A stretch of DNA of 64,000 bases from Eledone cirrhosa (GCA_964016885.1 OZ024742.1:68386001-68450000); one strand, 5' to 3'; shown: positions 13,589 to 27,422, numbered from the stretch's first letter. The notes: generated from the letters alone by a model not told the origin. Program-made: numbers and translations.

Positions 13589-13802
13589 GTAATCTGTTGT
13601 CATTGGATGCATAATAGTATACCAATGACGTACAAAATACGAGGAAACTAATTTATTTCCTTGTCACACATATATGTGTCTGTGTGTACGTGTGCATGTG
13701 TTAGCGTCTGTGTATGTTTTAGTTTGTATGTGTGTCTGTGTGTGTGTGTGCATATTAAGTAAATTTAATGAAGAGTTTTTTTTTATTAAAAACCCCGCTA
13801 TG

Positions 13803-13923
13803 AAATAATTGTTTCTACTTTTGGCACAAGGCCAGCAATCAACCAGTACATTACTGGTACTTTATTTTATCGACCCCGTAAGGATGAAAGGCAAAGTTAA
13901 CCTCGGCGGGATTTAAACTCAGA
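13803..13923 (-). mobile_element. SINE, 5'-truncated short variant
   Basis: Matches the SINE central domain and tail (TTTCTACTTTTGGCACAAGGCC...TTTATTTTATCGACCCC). Confidence 0.8.
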
Positions 13924-14384
13924 AATAATTAAGTTTAAACAGTTTTTCATTATTTCCTCTGTACAGAGAAAAGCACAAAACATCTTTACGTCTTTCAAAT
14001 ATCAGTGTCTTTTCATGAGAAAATAACCACTTTTATGATTCTGCCTATCGAGGGATCTTTATAGCTGAAGCTAATTATTTCAAGTAACATGTAGGAATTA
14101 ACAGAAATGGTCAATCCAATTTGCATACCGTGCATTCGTTTGGCAATGTAATTAATTAAAAATATATATTTATGCAGGATCTAGCGTATATTGGAAATTT
14201 TAAGATACATTTCATATAAATATAACTATAGTTTATTTTTTCATTAAAAACCTCACTGCGAAAAGAATGAAGTGAGGAAGCACTTTCTACTAACCACTCT
14301 GTAGATGCATAGGAATTCTGTTTATTTAATAACAAAATTCTCTCTCCCTCTCTTAATTAATCATTTACACGATGGGTGTAAATA

Positions 14385-14464
<80 letters not shown>

Positions 14465-14647
14465 AGGAAGTTTACTTGAAGCATTGCGTAATGAGGTATA
14501 AACGTTTATAGAAGAGATATTATCTCGAAAATTAAGGATATTTAAATAAATTTAAGGTAAAAGACTAATTGTCAACAATATCTTTTGCATTTGCATTTAT
14601 ATTCTATATCCATACCTGCATTGTCTTGGCCTTGCAACTCCAAACGG

Positions 14648-14709
<62 letters not shown>

Positions 14710-15450
14710 TATGATTCGTACCCATGGTAATTCATTTGGGACTGTGGGTTCCATGAGCTAAAAAAAACTATGGATATTAGTCATATCATCAATCTATGGA
14801 TATTAGTCATACCATCAAATGGCCGTACCTGGTTTTGCAAAAGGTCTTGAGAGAAATATAAGGAATTATGAGAAACAATACGGAAGAAGAGAAGTTACGG
14901 AGGGTAAATGATTTTTGGAAAAATAGCTAGGGAAAAAGGAAAATAGGAAAAATACAGAAATTAGTTTGTGTATATATTATCAATATGTTTTCTATATATC
15001 TAAATATCCTTTGACATATATGCATAAACGTTCATGCTGAGGTACATATAATGGTGGGAAAACGTAGAGAAGAAAAGAATTATATGAGAAAAGCAACAGG
15101 AGGATATAACGTTAGTACGTTCGTGAGCAAAATGTTAATCTAATAGTGTAAAACCTGTTTTGGTCAAAGAGGGACGCGTATAAAGTGAATGACAGGTATG
15201 TTGAGAGATGTTATGGTTCAAAATCCTGTAAAATAAAGTACGAGGGAGTATGAACGTACAAAGTTTTACAGAGATGGGTCTTATCCGTTTAGCTGTTCAT
15301 GTTGTATATTGGGGTTTGAATGGTTGCTGTTTCTACAGCTTCCCAAGCGAAACGGACAAAACTCTCCTTAGAAATACATGTTCGCAGTCCCTCATTCTTT
15401 ATTTACAACATGCTCAACCATAACTTCTCTCAACTTATCACTCATATAAA

Positions 15451-15610
<160 letters not shown>

Positions 15611-16119
15611 TGCGTATTGACCCGCACTTCCACCACCGGCCATACAGGGGCCGGCTGCCGTGCAAACAACATCAACAAATTTTGCTGTCCTATGTGTCAT
15701 GAAATGAAAAAGATTTGGGCAAGTTTTTGAATTTTTTTAAAGAGGTTTTTAATATTTTAAAGTTTTTAAAGGTTTTTATACCGACTGACGTGTTATTGTA
15801 AATAATATCCATAGGGAATGAGACACATGAAGATCAAATAAATAATGTATTAACTGTTGAAATTGGTGGCTTATTTCTTTGTTAATATATGCTCTGTGAT
15901 TATAAATCTAAGATGATCGGAAGTATACCAACTAATTTACCTCTGAAATACCTCTCGCTATTCTGGATATAGAATAAACCATATTTGAGCTTTAAATTAT
16001 TATCTGAATACCTAACAGTTGTTTTATCAACTTATAGAATTGACTATATATGTGTGTGTGTGGATATGGGTGTGGGTGTGTGGGTGGGTATGTGTGGGTG
16101 TGGGTGTGTGTGCGTGTAA

Positions 16120-16420
16120 ATTCTTCTGTTTTTATAATTTTCTAATGTTTTACCAATAGAGAGAGAGTCGGTTTCTTAGATAGACGCAAGACTCTTTCAG
16201 TGGAATTTATACATCAACTCGGTAGATATGTATGCATGTGTGCATGCATGCGTGTGTGTGCAGGTATGGATGTTATTGTTTGTGTGGGCGTGTATGTTTT
16301 GAGTTGTGTGTGTGCATCTGTATGTGTTTTGTATTTGTACATGTGTACATGCAGTTATTATATGCAGAATTTGGGGAATGTTTTATATATTTTTTCTGTT
16401 CTATTAATGGAATGTACTTG
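16120..16420 (-). mobile_element. R4/Dong-like element, extreme 3' fragment
   Basis: Reverse complement matches 60943-61231 (ORF end plus 3' UTR); the truncated 5' end abuts (TACA)n at 16421-16560. Confidence 0.85.
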
Positions 16421-16967
16421 TATGTATGTATGTATGTATGTATGAATGTATGTATGTATGTATGTGTGTATGTATGCATATGTGTGTATTTATGTATGTA
16501 TGTATGTGTGTGTGAATGTATGTATGTATGGTATGTATGTATGTATGCATGTATGTATGAAAGAGAGGACATGCGTAATTATATAGAATATTATTAATAC
16601 CCTGGTTCCAGCGCGTCTTATATATTGAGGAACATGGTATGATATTCAATAAGGAATTCTTAATATCTCGGAGATGGTAGTTGTTATGATATTCAACAGA
16701 GAATCTATCACCGAGAATATCTCTGAGTAATTCTACAGATGAATATCTTTATGTATTTAACTGAACATCTTTTCGCTGTCTCTCACAATATCGTGATCTC
16801 TTTAATCTCTTCCTTTGCCTCTGGCCCTCAGATACTATCTCTTTTTACCTCTGATTCCCTAAATGTCATTCTCGTTAATTGTTTCTATCTCTCTCTATTT
16901 CTTTTTTCCTTATATCTATATCTCCCTCTCTATCTCACTCTCTCTTTCTCACTCTCTCTCTCTCTCT

Positions 16968-17026
<59 letters not shown>

Positions 17027-17208
17027 TCTCTCTCTCTCTCTCTCTCTCAATATATATATATATATCCATCTTTTTTAATTTGTTCTCTTTTCCTTTTTAA
17101 CACTTTTTATCTCTTTCACAGTACAACATATTTCTTCTCTGTATCTCTCACGTGCGCGCTTTTTCCCTTTCACTTTCCCTCGCTCTCATTCTCTCTCGCT
17201 GCCCCCTT

Positions 17209-17267
<59 letters not shown>

Positions 17268-17333
17268 ATATCTATCTATCTCTATCTCTCACTTTCTTTC
17301 TCTTCTCTTATTCCATTTCTTCTTACTCAACAG

Positions 17334-17430
17334 CCATTTAAGAAGACAGTTTTATATCACTTTTATTCCTACCATTAATAACGTGGAATTGAAGCAAATG
17401 TTCGCCAAATGGTTCATTGCAATGGTTCCA
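17334..17430 (+). CDS. Candidate host-gene internal exon (HLRRQFYITFIPTINNVELKQMFAKWFIAMVP)
   Basis: Long pyrimidine tract plus CAACAG acceptor, one open frame, CCA|GTGAGA donor (phase 0). Product not recognised. Confidence 0.38.
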
Positions 17431-18423
17431 GTGAGAGGTGTTGGTCTGTAAATTAGCAAGGATTTTATTAAATAAGAATTTGAGCGAAGATTTATACCAA
17501 TATCGCTATTGCTCCCTGGAATAAAGTGAACACATGGAACATCCTACAAAACTGCCATTAATTTCTTAATTAAACTATTCCAGGATTCATCTTTTACTAT
17601 CAGCGGCATCAAACCGATAAATGTATGGTATAAATTCTTGATTATGGTTATTAAATAGGACTCGTTTACACCAAGCATGATCTTAATTCGATCATATTCG
17701 ATGAGGTATCATGTAAATACAAACCCACTCATAACTGAGGCTGTTGTTCTATTTGCCGATGTTTCAAATATTCATATTCTCAACCATAACCAAAACACCA
17801 CCAAGCGTTGATAGCTCCAATCTCACCAATACTAACAAAAGCCTCTATCAGTTCCACGACCATTGCTACCACTGCTGCTCACAAAAACACCAAATGCCTG
17901 ATCTACCAACAACATTTCTAGAGATGCCGACACCATAATTATTAATACACAGAAAACGTAAATCCATATGCAAGAAATAGCAGCTAAATCTCCTTACAAA
18001 AAGAAACATTGATTGATGTTGTTCGGAGTACATTCTTCCAGAAATAATTACTGTATGGTCATCGCTGGAAAGGTGTGCCTATTCTATAAACCTTGATCTG
18101 GATCAAAACAAACAAACCAAGAACTATTAGCTATTGTCAACCAAAGTTGTGCAATGGGGAAGTGCCAATGCGATTGTCTGATCTGCTAGAGATAATAGCT
18201 AAATCTCTAGAGTCGCACCTACCGTCTGAAAAGGGGTAGGTCATAATAGATTATGTAATCATAGGTATATAAAAAAAACAGCATGTTTACAGCTGTGGTG
18301 AAACAACAGCAACCCAGAATAATGTCACCTATTACTATCGTCACCATGAACAGAAGAAACACTACGAAATCCGTCATCACCAATATAACGAACTAACGAG
18401 CAACGTAGATGTCAAACAGCTAC

Positions 18424-18633
18424 TAATTGCTTCTACTTTAGGCACAATACCATCAATTTGAAGGGGGAGTCGATTAAATCGACCCCAGTGTGTGACTGGT
18501 ACTTTATTTTATCGACCCCGTACGGATGAAAGGCAAAGCTAACCTCGGCAGGATTTGAACTCAGATCGTAAAGGGGCGTAACTCTATGCCCTAAAGCATG
18601 TTGTCCGACGCTCTACCGATTCTGCCAATCCAC
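18424..18633 (-). mobile_element. tRNA-derived SINE, full length
   Basis: Same family as 371-587; A and B boxes and central domain intact. Confidence 0.88.
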
Positions 18634-19591
18634 ATTCAAATCTCTCTCAAATCATACCCTTCTATCTTAGGAAACGATATGGACATTGAACAATTTAGTC
18701 CTACATACCTATAAAAAGTTTAGATTTCCATTGCTGCGATCGTCTTTGATCATAATTGTGATAGATCAGAACTGAACTGAGGAAAAATAACAATAACACT
18801 AGAAACTAGTGCTACTACAATTAATAAAAATACCATTAGCCTTTAAGTGGTCACTCACCCTGGCAGAAACAACAGGTAAATCCTCCTATTAAATGAAAGA
18901 CATCGAGATGTTGGATTATGTGGTCTTAAACGTACACAGTCTGAAAAAGAAGCGATGTTGAGGACTGAAATAACTTTGATCATATATCAGCTCGTTCAAG
19001 GCTTTCCTGGGGTTAAATAACAGTATTAAAACGCAACACAATATTGACACATCTACCAAAAACAAATCCACTGCCCCTCACCACCAACACTCCCAAACAC
19101 ATACAAAAATAAAAAGAAGAAAGCAGTAGGGACTCACATAGGTAATGCAGTGTCAGAAAACTGAGATTAACTGAGATTATCCAGCCATTAGTAGATAAAA
19201 TCTCCTTCTATGAGCCTTTAAATTCTAAAAGCGAAAAGCGAATCAGATAACCCATATAATATAGTTTAATCTCCTAGTTTGGGCGAAAATAAAGACAATT
19301 CATTGTAGGAGTAAATCTAGTCTTTAAGGCAACTGATGGAAACAATTAGCTTGTTTCTGCCTATCTGAACCGCCTCAGAAAAGTATATTCAAATCATATA
19401 GATATATAGATAGATAGATAGAGAAGAAGTTGTGTACCAGTCGAGCTGGTAAGTTTTTGTCTTTTTACATATAAAAAACAAAAATTATTGTTTTAAAAAA
19501 AATACCACTGTATAGATTGACCCTCCGACTAAATTATCAGTGGGTGAGTCATTGAAATTTTCATAAAAATTTATAACAAATTGTTTTAAGT

Positions 19592-19803
19592 ATGAATGAT
19601 AACATTGAAGCGCTTCCAACCATAAGTGGAAATGGGAACGTTGAAATGAACGTCACTATGGCAACAGGTAGTAGTGACCGAGAAAAATCACACCAAAAAC
19701 GAAAGTATGGAAACACATACAGCACAAAAAATAATTGAACAAGAAAAAAACAACTTCACAAATGAACTCCACAACCACAAATCAAGCAATTGAGAACAAC
19801 AAA

Positions 19804-19834
<31 letters not shown>

Positions 19835-21492
19835 ACAGCAACCATAAAAAGTCTTTTGCCACAATAAGCAAAGAAACTTTTACAAATATTGATATTTCCA
19901 ATGCGAAGGAAATGATCAATGAAGGAAAAAAATATATTACCTTCGAGGAAAAAGGGGGATTTAAAATAACCTCTCCGCCACAAGTCCAGGCCTACACTAT
20001 ACGAAGGACTATGACTTTTCGCAGGATTTTGAACAAACAAAAAAAAAACGGCTTTCCTTACTCAAGGCGAAATTGAAATTGTCTTGAAAGAGGCAATGCC
20101 AGAAATACAATACATACAAAGGGCTAAACTGTATGGAAGCATTTCGGTGCTCTTCAAAAGTGAGGCCCTTACGAAAAAACACTCAGTGACCCCGGTCACC
20201 TCTACCACACACACCTTTCTCCCTACATACATGAGAAAAAGAACACAAAGAATAAACATCCCCAATATACCACCCAACATTAACATCTGGTGGATTCTGG
20301 CAGGGTTCTTGGAGGAAGATGAAGACACAATACTGTTGATTCAAAAATCCACAAGAAACACTTGGAATGGCACAAGCTTGAAAATGTTGGTCCAAATGAA
20401 ACCGGACAGAATTTCCAAGATATTAGAAAGGGTGCCAGTAGACGATACCAATTACATCCACATTTCGGCAGAGGGTGGGAGGCCACATTGTTTTAAATGC
20501 GCGAGCACATCGCATTTAAAGGCCTCCTGTCCCCTCTTACGAACAAACACCACCACCCCCCAAAAAATACTTTTACCAACACCAACTCCAAAACCACAAC
20601 AACAACACACAAAACAAGCAAACACTGTTCAACCACAAACAACAGAAAAAACACAAACAATTCCCCTGAAAAACCCACCCCATCCCACTCATCCAACACT
20701 ACCACAATCACACACACAAATACACCATCACCACACAACATACCTCTCCCACACGCTCCTGATGACGATTCATCACCAGACGAGGCTCTTCTCCATCCCC
20801 AAGTGACTAAAAACAAAACAAAAAAGAGACACCACAAAGCCACAAAAACAACAATCACCAACACAAACACACAACCACCAACACAAATAACAATACAAAC
20901 ACCACCACAATAACCCCCCCACCTACCAGAAAAACAAACACCAACACCACCCCAAACACAAATGCCCACCATAAAAAGAAACCTACAAAATGAACAACAA
21001 ACCCCCCGTCCCGAAAACAAAACCACGACATCACTCCAAACACAAACACCTACAACAAAACGAAAGCTCACACAAGAACAACAGACAAAAACCAACACAA
21101 CACAAGAACATTACACATACATAAACAGTAAAAACAAAACTTTAATGGAGGTCATCTCCCACGACCCTTCGGTGAAAACCGAAGGGAAAACTTTTTCGAA
21201 CTGTACAGGCAGACCTAATTTAAAGATGATTAGGGTCCCTACGGACACCTATAAGTCTTTAAAGGAAAACTTTCCTGAGGACGTGGGTAATCCTTGTGTT
21301 AAACCCATTAACCGCATCCTTTTAAAATGTTTCCCCACCCTCACCCCAGACACCCCCACCTCACTAGACACCCCATCCCCACCAAACATCTCCGTCCCCA
21401 CCCTGCCAGAAACCACCACCCTACCAAACACCCCTCCAACATCCCCATGGACATTGTGCAGCCTGGTCTCCAGGAAGCAAGGAGGTGAGTGA
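19592..21492 (+). pseudogene. Tx1 copy A ORF1 (RRM-like region, CCHC knuckle, Pro/Thr/Gln linker, conserved C-terminal block), frameshifted
   Basis: Pieces 19735-20076, 20084-20806 (CFKCASTSHLKASCP) and 20962-21492; ATG at 19592. Confidence 0.85.
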
Positions 21493-21529
21493 ATTCTTTC
21501 CTCTTCTTTTCTAACTCTTCCTCACCGAC

Positions 21530-23700
21530 ATGGCGAATGTAAGAGTCGGTTGTGTGAATGTGTGCGGCCTGGGGATGCCCTGGAAACAGGGCAAACTCCT
21601 AAACGACCTCAGGTCGCACAGTATGGATGTAATTGCCATCTGCGAGTCCAGGATCCACAACGAGCGACAGCTGGCTCCCATCTTCGATGACTATGAGATC
21701 TACGCATCTCTATGTCAGCCGGGGGGTGGGGGCGGGGTTGCCGTTTTGCTGAGGAAACACCTGGGCCTCGTAACACAGACGATACATCTGGACCCGGAGG
21801 GTCGACTGGTGGTCCTAGACGTTGACGGTAGTGAAGGTGGAGCCTTCAGGCTGGTGGCCGCACATTGCCCATCCGGGACTCCGCGGCAAGACTTCTTCAA
21901 GCGCCTAGAGACTTTTCTGGGAACGTCCCGCTCCTTGCTTTTAGTGGGGGACTGGAATGGAATCCTAGATGCACGCTTGGACTATGTGGGAGCATGTCCC
22001 GATAAAAGGGGTGTAACAGCCTCAAACAGTTAATCGGCCGATTTGACCTGGCCGATAGATATCGACTAAATTTTCCGACTGTGCCACTGTGACCGTGGAC
22101 TAATCGTAGCGGAACATCTAGATCGGACCTAGATAGGGTTCTAGTTAGAAAGAAGGATAGGGACATGTTAAGCTGTCCACAAATGTTCATGGTTGCCTAT
22201 TCAGATCACAAATTAATGACCTGCTTAGTCAACCTTGACAAAACCCATAGACAGGGACCCGACTACTGGAAGCTGAACTTGTCGTTACCGACATGCAAAG
22301 CCTACAGTAGACAGATTAGCACTTTAGTTAAGCAGCACTTGACGGGGGCCATTGTCAACAACAGATGGTGGTACTCTCTCAAGAGGGCAATTAGATTAGA
22401 CTCGATAGGTTTTAGTAAAGAATTAGCGTCAGATAGAAATATGACCGAAAAGGAACTGGTAGATAAAGTAGAAGAGGCACTTGGGAGTGGCAACGTAGCC
22501 AGCGAGCTAGCGGCGAGAATGGTATTGGACCAGTTCGTCGACGCAAATCAAGAAGGCTGCGTTGTCAGAAGCAAAATACGTGCTCTGGGAAACGAGGGAG
22601 CCAAAGCTGTTAGCTGGGCCCGAGTGACGGAGGCGAAAAGTGGCAACAAGTCAACGATTCGGTCTTTGAAGGACCAAGACGGACGCATGATACGTAAGCC
22701 AAAGCAGATGTGCACGGCCTTTCAGCGGCACTATTCTCAACTGTTCGGGCAGGGCGGCGCGCCGGGAGGGGCTATGGATTTCGGTTCATACCTCGAAGGC
22801 CTGCCGCGACTCTCGGACAGCGAGGCGAAGTTCTCTGAAAGGCCGATTTCAGCCGCTGAAATAGGGGACGCGCTGAGCCAATGCGGCAAACGCAAATCTC
22901 CAGGTCTCGACGGTCTACCCTACGAATTTTACGTAGCAATGCCGCACTTGTTCTCGGTTCTCCTGGAAGCGGTCTACTGCAACTGGCAGCAGAACGGGAG
23001 AATTCCCAGTTCTGTGACCAAGGGCGTAGTCACGCTAGTCAGGAAGGACGAGAATAAGGGGGATGACATAGGCAACTTCCGGCCAATAACTCTGCTAAAC
23101 ACAGATTTACAGATTTTGGCCAAGGTGTTGGCAAAGAGGCTGGCGCTTGTCGTCGAAAAGCTGGTGGGAGATGCGCAGACATGCGCAATCCCGACCAGGT
23201 CCATACACTACAACCTCCACCTCATGCGATACATCGTAGAGAGGGTCGGGTGTAAACCCGGATTCGCTGGGGTCCTGATCAACTTGGATCAGTCTAAGGC
23301 TTTCGATAGGGTTGACCATGGTTACCTGGATGCGGTGCTTGAGGCGGCAGGCTTCGGACCCATGTTCAGGGGCTGGATTGCTGCAATGCACAACAGCAAC
23401 ATCTGCTCAAGGGTCAAGGTGAACGGCTACCTCTCGGAGCCGTTCGATATCACGCGATCCATCCAACAGGGATGCTCTCTTTCTTCCCTTCTGTATGTAC
23501 TGACTCTCGAGCCACTACTGCGGAAGTTGGAGCTATTGCAGGGCATCCCTCTGGAACCGGGACTGCGGAAAGCGGCGACGGCCTACGCCGACAACGTGAC
23601 AGTAATGTTGTCGAGCACCTCGCAAATCGAGGAAGTTGGCACCCTACTGAAGGAATATGAAAGTTTCACAGGAGCGAAGCTGAACCGGGACAAGTCCATC
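21530..23700 (+). pseudogene. Tx1 copy A ORF2 (APE endonuclease plus RT), disrupted and truncated
   Basis: NVCGL, ICE, GDWN and SDH APE motifs; KSPGLDG, FRPITLLN, DQSKAFDRVDH, QGC.LS, YADN. Confidence 0.93.

Positions 23701-23771
<71 letters not shown>
23701..23771. repeat. (GATA)n tract between copies A and B
   Basis: Directly visible. Confidence 0.97.
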
Positions 23772-23985
23772 TTCTTTATTTACCATAAAGGCATAAAAAG
23801 AAGGGACAAATACAAAGGGGGAGTTTACATAAAACCGAGTAAAAAGGGTATAAAATGAAAATAATCGAAAACAACCTCAAAGGGGAGGGGACGTTATGGG
23901 GGTTGCACACACCCCCGATAAAGTGTGCAATCCTTTGCCCGGGGAGCACATGGAGAAGGTGCTCCCCTCTCCTTCACTTCTTTAC

Positions 23986-26900
23986 CTACAGGATGGTATA
24001 CAGAGAAGGCCCATTTACACGAGCCATTCTCGCCACTATCACCCACCTTTCATAAAACTGCCAGTGGCCAAGCACCTCTCTCTCCATTCTTATCCTTCTT
24101 CCGAAGTGATATCGGAAGAAGTAGACCAGACTATGGCCAGAGAGGAAGTTGCCTGACCTCAGACCTTTCAATCGTGTCCACCAAACAACCTCTTTCAACA
24201 TGGCTATTACGCACAGAAAGACCGCCTTTGCTTCCTTTGTGAAGAGGGGAGGCGGCTTGATTGTCATCACGGACTCGGCGGTCAATCGAATCGGCGCCAC
24301 CCGCGACAGCAGTCGTTCGGCGTAGCCCCACAGATCAGTCACGCCCGGACATTGCACCAATGCGTGCGCAACGGTTTCTTCGTGACGCACGCATCTAGGG
24401 CAAATCTTTTTCGAGGGATCCCTGCCCGGGCGCCCGTGTCTGTAGAGCTTTTCTCGAACGGGTATAGCCCCCCGGTAGCACTGCCAGGCTAGTGACTTCT
24501 GGAAGTTGTCCATTGGTCCCGGGCCGAAAGTCCTACCGAACAGGCTGGCCAGCTCGTCGTTTTCCATGTCCAGCGACTCTCCAAGGGTGTCATCGCCCCT
24601 GCTAGCCACCAGCCCTCTATAGAATGATGAGGTGGATTCTCCACCGATGGCCGGGTCCGCTTGCCAGAGAGCCCTGAGCGCCTGGGCACACTCAGTGTGC
24701 CAGTCTCCCAGTTTTCCGGATCTTTGCTTGACCCAGGACTGCAGCTCGGTGAGCGAGACGAGTCTCGGAAAGGCTCGTTTCACGAACGGAGCCCACACCG
24801 GTTGACCAGTGAGGAATACCTGTAGGTGCCGTAGCCTTAATGCGTGCCTACACATCATCAACCACGGCAACCCCAGCCCTCCTTTCGAAGGTTGTTGGCA
24901 GCAGATGGATCTGCTCACCATAGGAGGGCGCTTCTTCAAAGAAATTGAAAGAGCATGCGTTCCATGGTGGTGAGTGTTTCCTTAGGGCAAGGCACGACAG
25001 TCAGGCGGTAGTAAGTGACGGACGCTATGTAAATGTTCGCCACCTCCGCCCGACCTTTTAGGGACAGCTTACACTTGGCCCATTTCTGGGTTAGTGCAAA
25101 CACCTTGTTCGTAACCTCGCCCCAGTTCTTTTCCACCTGGAGGTCCGGTCCAAACCAGACCCCAGGCAACTTCACCGGGCCCTCCGTCCAGTGTCCGACG
25201 ACACCGTCGGGAGGCATCGGTCTGCCTCTCCACGTTCCGAGTTGCAGCCCGATGGATTTTTCCCGGTTCAGTTTCGCTCCTGACAACCTTTCGCATTCCT
25301 CCAGTAAGGTACCGATCGCCTCGATCTCCGAGTCGGTCGATACCATTACTGTTACGTCATCGGCGTAGGCCGACACCGCTTTGCTCAATCCTGGTTCCAG
25401 GGGGATACCTTGCAACAACTCCAACTTCCTCAGTAAAGGCTCGAGAGTCAATACGTACAGAAGGGAGGCGAGAGGGCACCCCTGTCGAATGGATCGTGTG
25501 ATTTCTAACGGCTTCGAAAGGTAGCCGTTCACCTTGATCCTAGAACAGATGTGGTTGCTATGTAAGGCAGTGATCCAGCCTCTGAAAACGGGACCGAACC
25601 CAACCGCCGCTAGCACCGCATCCAGGTAACCATGGTCGACCCTATCGAACGCCTTAGACTGATCCAAGTTGATCAGGGCCCCACCGAAGCCGGGTTTGTT
25701 GCCAACCCTCTCTATGATGTATCGCACGAGGTGGAGGTTGTCGTGAATGGACCTGGATGGGATAGCACATGTCTGCGCATCTCCCACCAGGCCACCCACG
25801 ACAAGCGCCAACCTCTTTGCTAACACCTTGGCCAATATCTTTAACTCTGTGTTTAGCAGGGTTATGGGCCGAAAATTATTTATACTATCCCCCTTGTTCT
25901 CGTCCTTCCTCACCAGCGAGTCTACGCCCTTGGCTACAGAACAAGGAATTCTCCCGTTCTGCTGCCAATTGCAGTAGACTGCTTCGAGGAGTTCGGAGAA
26001 GAAGACCGGCATTGCTAAATAAAGTTCGTAAGGTATACCATCGAGACCTGGAGATTTGCGTCTGCTGCATCGGCTCAGCTCATCCCCGATCTCATCAGCC
26101 GAGATTGGTCCCTCGCAGGACTCTGCCTCTTTGCTCGAGAGACGCGGTAGGCCGTCGAGGTATGGACCGAAATCCACGTCCCCGCCCGGACCCTCGCCTC
26201 CCCCGAACAATCGGGCAAAGTGCCTTTGAAAGGCCTCGCACATCTGCTTAGGCTCCCGGATCACCCGTCCATCCTCGTCTTGCAAAGACCGGATGGTGGA
26301 TCGATTTCCACTCTTAGCTTCTGTCACGCGGGCCCAGCCAACGGCTTTGGCCCCCTCATTACCTAGAGCACGTATTTTACTTCGAATGACGCAGCCTTCG
26401 TGCTTTGCATCGAAAAACTGGTTCAAGGCCGTCCTCGATGCCAGCACTCTGGCCACATCTTCGATCTTGATTGCCTCTTCTAATTTACCTGTTAATTCTT
26501 TCTCGTTCCTATTCCTATCGGCAGCTAACATCTTGCTATAACTTATTGATTCTGTTCTAATCTCTCTTTTAAGAGATGCCCACCATCGGTTGTTGACGAT
26601 TGCACCCGTCAACCTCTCCTTAACTAATCTGCTAATCCGGTTTCTGTAAGTCTCTTTTGCCGGTAAAGACAAATTAAGTTTCCAGTAACCGGGACCCTGT
26701 CAATGTGTTTTCTCGAGATTGACTACGCAGGTCACTAATTTGTGATCTGTATAGCCAACCGTGAGCATTTCTGGACAGCTTAATATGTCCCTATCCTTAC
26801 TTCTAACTAAGAATCTATCTAAGTACGATCTAGATTGACCACTATGGTTCGTCCAAGTCCAGGTTGGCACAGTTGGAAAATCTAGTCGATATCTATCGAC

Positions 26901-27422
26901 CAAGTTAAAACGGTCGAGTAACCCCTTGAGGCTGTTACACCCCGCTCTATTAGGACATGCTCCTGCATAGTCCCAACGTGCATCTAGGATGTCATTCCAA
27001 TCCCCCGCTAGAAGCAGGGAACGCGACGTTCCCAGAAAAGTCTCCAGACGCTGGAAGAAGTCGGGTCGTTCAGCTCCGAAAGGAGAGTAGACGGCGACCA
27101 GTCTCAAGGCCGCACCTTCACTACTGCCAACGTCTAGCACCAGCAAACGACCTTCCGAGTCCAAGTGAACAACCTGTACGGCGAGACCCAGGTGTTTTTC
27201 CAGCAGTACGACAACCCCACCCCCACCTCCAGGTTGACAGAGAGATGCATGCACCTCAAAGTCATCGAAGGTGGGGGCCAGCTGCCGCACGACGCTGATC
27301 CGAGTCTCATAGATAACCATTACATTTATACCACGTGACCTGAGGTCATTTAGAAGCTTTGCTTGCTTCCAAGTTGAGCCCAGGCCACGTGCATTCAAAC
27401 ATCCTACTCTTAACACATCCAT
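23986..27422 (-). pseudogene. Tx1 copy B ORF2 (APE-RT-CCHC); one nonsense codon (26700) and one frameshift (about 24937)
   Basis: ORF pieces 26700-27422, 24936-26672 (YADD) and 23986-24939 (CPRC...ETVAHALVQC). Confidence 0.95.

Larger units (their letters stand above)
19421..23700 (+). mobile_element. Tx1-clade LINE copy A, 3'-truncated
   Basis: 5' UTR, ORF1, APE and RT up to AKLNRDKSI, then straight into (GATA)n; short (GATA)n on the 5' side. Confidence 0.93.

Noticed and set aside
20030-20060. Programmed frameshifting in Tx1 ORF1 at A-runs
   Set aside because: The breaks are not at a consistent position in all copies and often fall in homopolymers; decay or sequencing error is more likely.
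23775-23985. Idea that the spliced Tx1 RNA adds a conserved C-terminal exon to ORF1
   Set aside because: In the donor phase, B gives about 30 aa, D about 37 aa that diverge in frame after a few codons, and C/E stop immediately; no conserved peptide.
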